From contig JAUCBJ010008151.1 in the NCBI GenBank assembly GCA_032718475.1, forward strand, positions 1 to 51,358: 51,358 nt of DNA. Reading direction: 5' to 3'. Shown here piece after piece: positions 45,777-51,358 of this stretch. This DNA comes from Nemertoderma westbladi (Eukaryota; Animalia; Xenacoelomorpha). Made by a program: the position numbers and the translations under genes. Within the stretch, counting starts at the first letter, position 1. Each line of letters opens with the position of its first letter. Under the pieces are notes generated by a model, which worked only from the letters and a program-made list of their open reading frames with translations, was not told the origin of the DNA and did not search any database.

Positions 45777-48085
45777 AATTATTTTTTGTGCAGAATTTCA
45801 ACTCATTTAAATTAACCGCTACAAATTAATTGCATTTGTCTGTACCAATAAGGCTGTAGTTATTTGATTGTAACCAATGTCGTGCAAGTTATATATTAGC
45901 TGGACCAATAAGCTATCTTTAAAACCTCGTTAGAACCCATAGAACAATCGAGAATTTTCTCGATTGATTGCAGCACAAATTTAGTATATAAAGGTGCGAT
46001 TCGTTCATTAGTTATCTCTCTTACACTACTTTAGTATACATTATCTTATCAATATTCTGTCGTGCTTAGTTTATTCTCAGATTACATTGTATTATAATTG
46101 TGTCTTCTGTAATAAAGTCAGAATATTCTCTCAGCTTTTTCTGTTTTACTATGGTTTCACTACGGTGAACAAACTCGGGGACAGGATGGCCAGCTAGAGA
46201 TCGGGCCGCAGCAATGAACGGGAACATCACGGGAATGTAGACGAGAGACAACCCGCAATACCATTTAAAGTTATTCGCCCATCGCCTGAAAGGTTAGACA
46301 GCGTTCGATCCTTGCTACCTAAGTATAAGACCAAAAGATCAAAGGTAGACGTAGTGACACGCTGCAAGCCTAAAATTACATCATAGGGACTGTACTGTCT
46401 TGATTCAGGGAAAACCGCAGTAGACCTTCATATTCCTACGGGGGAGGGAGAGAGAGAGCAGATACTAGTACGCAGATAGGACGTAGGCACACCGGTACAA
46501 GGCATACACATTGGTTAGGGTGCAGCAAACTGTACGCTTAACTCTTGCTAAGTACAGGTGTGTGTGCGACTATTTGCAGTACGTCAGTGTCCATTATATC
46601 AGAACTTGTAGGCTAGGGGGTTGCTGTGTTTTCACCTGAATTGGGATTGTACCGTTCAGGCGGTAGGGCAGTTTACGCTAGGCGCAAATAAATTGAGGCT
46701 ATCAGGGATACTAACATCTACCGTGTCCCCGCCAACGCCCTAATAGGAAGTTACCCGGACTACCTGGGTGACTAAAATTCTAGATAGGAGCCAGGATAGC
46801 TATTAGTACCCGTACGCCTACAGTAGTAAACTAACACATCTCTTCTTAGTATCAGGGACCTGGTACCTAAAATTGCCGAATTCTGGGCGTAGTATTAACC
46901 TTATGCCTGAATTTGAGTCCTGGAAATACGCAAGAGGGGAAGGAACCTTACCATTCGTGAGTATTGGACCTACAAGTTATAAAATTAGAATATTCGTAAA
47001 ATGCACACCGTACCCAGTAATTATATATGTGAAGGAGCAAAACTGCTTTGACCGTTCAGAATTAACACACGCGCGTTAAAAATTATTTACACCTCAAAAT
47101 ATATAAAATTAACTTTCGTCCTTACTGCACTTTGCTCGCTAGTTAGACATCTCCAAATATCTGCCTCTGTACCTAGCTAGCGTCCCTTTGCCCAACCATA
47201 TAAATCACACCGCGGCAAAGTATACGAGCCCCTTAGTCTGTCAGTGAGTCAGCCTGATTTTAGGATTCGCTGCGCGGGATTTGTTTTATCGAAGTTTGTC
47301 TGCTCGTAGACTGTTCTGCCTCACCGGTTAAAAGAGATCGATACTGCAATATATTCGCTTACTTAGGGTTTACTGTTTTGGTGAGAAGGTCGGATTTATG
47401 ATTTGATTTACAAACTTTACAGTAGGATATTGCAGGTATTGTTACCGTCTCTTCCGATAGTAGGAATAGGCGTATCTCTCCAATTTAGTAGGAATATGTT
47501 TTACTGAACTACGGTTCGGTAGGACTAAAGTTATTTGAAAATTTTGTATTTTGAGGTAAAAATTTGTATTTGATTAGCTAAGTGCTAATTTTTTGAAATA
47601 AAATTTGATTTGAACCGCGTGTAAAATTTTTGGAATTGAATACCGGTGTTTAAAAGGGTTTAAATACCATATTGTACCGGTACAAAATTTTCGTAAAGTA
47701 AAACCTAACTCTTTTGTTTTTCAGGATTCAGAACTCATTTCTAGACTGTAACGGGAGCAAGACCGTGTTTAGCAAGTTTGGGAGATAGATAACTCAACAA
47801 CTTTGGTTGGGAAAATCGCGTTTCGTCCGCAACGTTAAAAACGGAAAGGTTCACGTTCGGTTTGTATCTGGGAATCTGTTTTTCTGGAGAATTATTGGAG
47901 TGGGTGAGTTCGAAAAGTTGCATAAATAAGTTAGGCATTACCGTATTAGTTAAAATTATTGTGGGTTCCACTGTCTCAAGTATTTATGCATTCCGTATGA
48001 TTTCTTTGTTCATTGCTGAATTAGTCCGTAGTATTGTATTTAATTTACCTTTTGATAACGCATATCGTTATCCGATTTATTTGTT

Positions 48086-48210
48086 ATAAAATTGGCCGCT
48101 AGGCTAATTTTATTATATACTTATTCCGTGACATTTATTTGCTGTAAAATTGGCCGTTTAGGCTAATTTTATCCATCTGCTATAAAATCGGCCGGTAGGC
48201 TAATTTTATA
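48086..48210 (+). other. Three repeated stem-loops upstream of the gag-like ORF
   Basis: TAAAATYGGCC-loop-GGCTAATTTTA at 48086-48113, 48144-48172 and 48181-48210. Confidence 0.7.
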
Positions 48211-48292
48211 TGACTGTAATTAGTACCGTTTTATACAAATACGGTAAACTCGATACTTTGACACTCACTTCACTTGACTTACAACTACCGAA

Positions 48293-50035
48293 ATGAGTGA
48301 CAAACAAGACTATACGAAGAATACACAAACCGACTATGACTCGTGTGACGGAGATAAGTCAGCAGCGGAAGAACAACAGGGGAAGACTCGTGAGCCTACC
48401 GAACCTACACCGTGTTCGTCACCAGTACATCCAACGGGAGTACCGGATGCCGTAGTACGAGGCGACGGCAGGACCGAGGACTTTCTAACTGTTCCGCAAC
48501 CTAGATATAGGGAAACGGAAATGGTAAGTTCAGCAGGAAGCACAGAAAGTGTGGTTAGAAGCGTCGGAGGATACATGGCGCATATAACCAGGAGCATTGG
48601 AGAAGGCCAACGCATATTAGACGGGTTGACCGCTCCGATGTCTCGATTCGAGTTCTACACCCTCCAGGTTAGAGTACAGAGTAAAGTATATAAGTCCGTA
48701 GATAATCTAGTTGGCCTACAAGATCTAGCTAGACAGAGACAGGACATGGATACTCAACTTAGAATCCTCGAGAAACTAATGATCACTAGAGAGAAACTGA
48801 TTCAGTTTAAGTCGACGATTAGACAGATACAACAGGAACAAGCGGACCAGTTGTTAGGTGAGTCAGTTTCGGACGAATTATTACAACCCGAGGAAGAACA
48901 GGAATTGTACCGACTGGATGGACAATTGAAACATCTGACGGACCACTTACGCATGTGCGGCGAAGACGTCGGCGATTTGGAAACCGTGCCGGAATACACG
49001 AGGGAAACTTCATTCGCACAAATCGAATCGGCACCGGGAATACTAAATCAATCATTGGTAAGTATTTGTAGCGAAATCTGCGAAGGAAGTATAGTCACGT
49101 CAGAAGTTGCTCGACAACAGCAGCAGTTCTACAGACAGCAACACGAGATAGAAGAACAAGCTCAACTTCTAATGATACAAACAGCAGTAGAGGAAGAGAA
49201 AATACGTGTTGCGAATGTAGCGAGAATCTCTCATCTGCAGGAACAAGCCGAACTCGAAGCGGCCGAAATGGAAAGGTTAGAGTTGGACATTGCCCAACAA
49301 GCGGCAACGGCCGAGTTAGCGCAACGAACGGCAACAGCCGAGTTAGAGCGACAAACGGCTGCGGCAGAGTTAGAGCGACAAACGGCTGCGGCAGAGTTAG
49401 AGCGACAAAGAGTAGTTTCGGAAGCCAGAGTCGAGATGAAGACACGGCAAATAAAAGCCCAACAAGCGATACGACAAGCAGAGTTCGAGGCGCAACAACA
49501 ACAAACGGAACAACGAGAAAAGGAAGTTAAACTTCGTTTCGAACTTGAGAAGAGGGCGAGAGAATTAGCCGAAACTAAGGAAAATCTGGATCTTCTAGCC
49601 CGCGATCGATCGATGAGATCTCGCGACGGACATGATTTGGACCAGTTAGAGGTAAGACATCGCCAAATTCAGGAACGGAAGAAGGAAGGAAGCGTAGGAG
49701 CACCCGGACGGGAACGACAATTAGTAAAAGACGTGTGTCAACGATTCCCACAGGTAACTCATATGTTTGCACCGGTTACGACTAAGGAACCTGTTTCGAT
49801 TGCGGGTAGTAGTGATATTTCTCCTATCCATGGTGCGACGGAACACAGGTTTGTTATTCCGGACAAGTTTACACCGCCAAGAGCAACGTCGTCGCCTATT
49901 CCGAGAGTCAAGGTAAGTAACCCACCGATTACAGATTGTAGTAGTTTATTGACCGGACCTGCGCTACTGACGACAAAACAGGTGAGTCCACCTTTGACGC
50001 CTAAACCCGTACCTAAAGAGGTGAGGTCTCTATAG
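48293..50035 (+). CDS. 580-aa coiled-coil protein, probably the N-terminal part of a retrotransposon gag
   Basis: Intronless ATG-led ORF with an E/Q/R/A-rich coil, 9-aa repeats (TAAAELERQ) and a P/S/T-rich tail. Layout resembles the BEL gag N-terminus in this window. No catalytic motif seen. Confidence 0.5.
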   Translation: MSDKQDYTKNTQTDYDSCDGDKSAAEEQQGKTREPTEPTPCSSPVHPTGVPDAVVRGDGRTEDFLTVPQPRYRETEMVSSAGSTESVVRSVGGYMAHITRSIGEGQRILDGLTAPMSRFEFYTLQVRVQSKVYKSVDNLVGLQDLARQRQDMDTQLRILEKLMITREKLIQFKSTIRQIQQEQADQLLGESVSDELLQPEEEQELYRLDGQLKHLTDHLRMCGEDVGDLETVPEYTRETSFAQIESAPGILNQSLVSICSEICEGSIVTSEVARQQQQFYRQQHEIEEQAQLLMIQTAVEEEKIRVANVARISHLQEQAELEAAEMERLELDIAQQAATAELAQRTATAELERQTAAAELERQTAAAELERQRVVSEARVEMKTRQIKAQQAIRQAEFEAQQQQTEQREKEVKLRFELEKRARELAETKENLDLLARDRSMRSRDGHDLDQLEVRHRQIQERKKEGSVGAPGRERQLVKDVCQRFPQVTHMFAPVTTKEPVSIAGSSDISPIHGATEHRFVIPDKFTPPRATSSPIPRVKVSNPPITDCSSLLTGPALLTTKQVSPPLTPKPVPKEVRSL

Positions 50036-51358
50036 GGGTGCTGGTAACAGGCGGCGGCGGACTCGTGAGGGTCTGGGGGCACGTTAAATTGGGCGATAAG
50101 TGCAAGGGAGATACTGAAGGCCCTCGTGTCTAACGAACCATGAATTGTCATGGTGCCGTGGTACCGTCTAGTCGGCCTGTTGCCGTACTGCCAGTCCTGT
50201 ACACAGTAGGGGTGGTGGCATGGCGTGATTTGTGGTTCATGTGGCGCGAACTATGTTTTGTATGTGGGCGATCAGTGGCAGTTTGCTTGGGGCTTGGATG
50301 GTTCCATTGACCGTCAGCTGTTCCGTTTTTTTGATACTATATGTTATTGTCTCCATGTTCAGCTGATTGGTCTTTGGTGGCATTGGAAAAACCGTCGGGT
50401 CTTGAGTTTTCTGTTGCTGTGGGTACGTGAGTACACGTGATTGCATGTGTGGCCACTGCGAGTGGGTAAGGGAACCCTTGCCAGTTGGACAAGACGCCGC
50501 TGGTATTAGTAGGACCATACTTTACTGCGCCCCAGCATACTTTGTGCACACAAAGTTATTTTACCCTGTCGGTAAAATAAGGTACTCTCGATTTTGCCGT
50601 TTGTCGATACAATTTTGTCCCCTCTGAATTTGTCCCTTCCGATTTTGACCCCGATTTTGTCTTACCCGAATATGTCCTCTGTGTGTGCATGGTATGCGTC
50701 AGATTTTGTGTTTACCGTAGTGTACTTGATATTGTGAACATCTGTTGAGTACACGTGTACAGGACGGGTAAGTGGTTACTTGTTCCTAGCTTTCGAGCTA
50801 GTCAGTATTGTTGAGGAACGGTGTCCCCTCAATACTGCCGGCGAGGCAGGTGAAAACGTGTCAATATTCCATGTTGGGTAGCGCAAGCCCGCTTGGGACA
50901 AGACCGTCGGTTAGGCCCAAGGGCGACCTTGGTGCTCGATCGCTATCGACTGGTCCACCTGCCGGTTGACTCTTTGTTATACTTTGAGTTGGCTCAATGT
51001 ACAGTCAGGCCACAGTAAGTTGACAGTAGCCGCCCATCTGGCTACACGTTCGACGAGCTGTGCCGGTGTGATCGGGGGACCGAAAACAGAACCCGGGAAG
51101 CATCGGGCCACCCTCCGGCCCGGTCTGATAATAACATCTGTCGGACTGGCCCCAGGGGTGGTGGAAAGGTGTCCGCCTCGTGGGTGCGCCTCGGGGAGGA
51201 GCCCAGAAGGACACAAGCGTACACATTACGCTTACCCAATGACGTTTCGACCTACAAGGCCAGTTGTTTCAAATGCTGTCATTCGCCCACCGGTTCAGTT
51301 TACATCGCAATCTACGACTTCGAGGAAGACTTGTGAGCCTACCGAACAACGGAGAACA

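Noticed and set aside
46429-47498. 11-bp inverted match CATATTCCTAC/GTAGGAATATG as a second self-priming signal
   Set aside because: The two sites are over 1 kb apart, LTR boundaries are undefined, and such a match is plausible by chance.
51236-51280. Penelope-type hammerhead ribozyme on the minus strand (GGCCT-TGT-AGGTC-GAAAC-GTC)
   Set aside because: The CUGANGA core is missing upstream of the stem, and no Penelope RT or GIY-YIG is visible.

Overview
Repeat-rich eukaryotic DNA, probably from an invertebrate animal (inferred from a spliceosomal intron, an ABCC transporter and BEL/Pao, Gypsy and LINE elements). Bases 1-14108 are a young, almost complete BEL/Pao LTR retrotransposon on the minus strand: the 5' LTR is 538 bp, and the two LTRs differ at only 2 of the 515 comparable positions by eye. 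After gag-pol and a hairpin tandem array it carries an extra 826-aa ORF in the slot where env would sit. That ORF encodes a WRN/EXD2/Mut-7-like DEDDy 3'-5' exonuclease domain plus three CCHC zinc knuckles, and is the standout finding. The element has no tRNA-type primer-binding site, but shows a 9-nt PBS/LTR complementarity suggestive of Tf1-style self-priming. Downstream are a MULE-like MITE, a 78-bp satellite, an intron-poor ABCC4-like gene, and a TSD-flanked LINE whose ORF1 and ORF2 are joined in frame by UGA-CUA. Further on are a Gypsy remnant, a second copy of the satellite+ABCC block with a 3.4-kb deletion, a truncated related LINE, a tRNA-derived fragment and an orphan coiled-coil gag-like ORF. 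All family calls come from motif recognition by eye; no searches were run.
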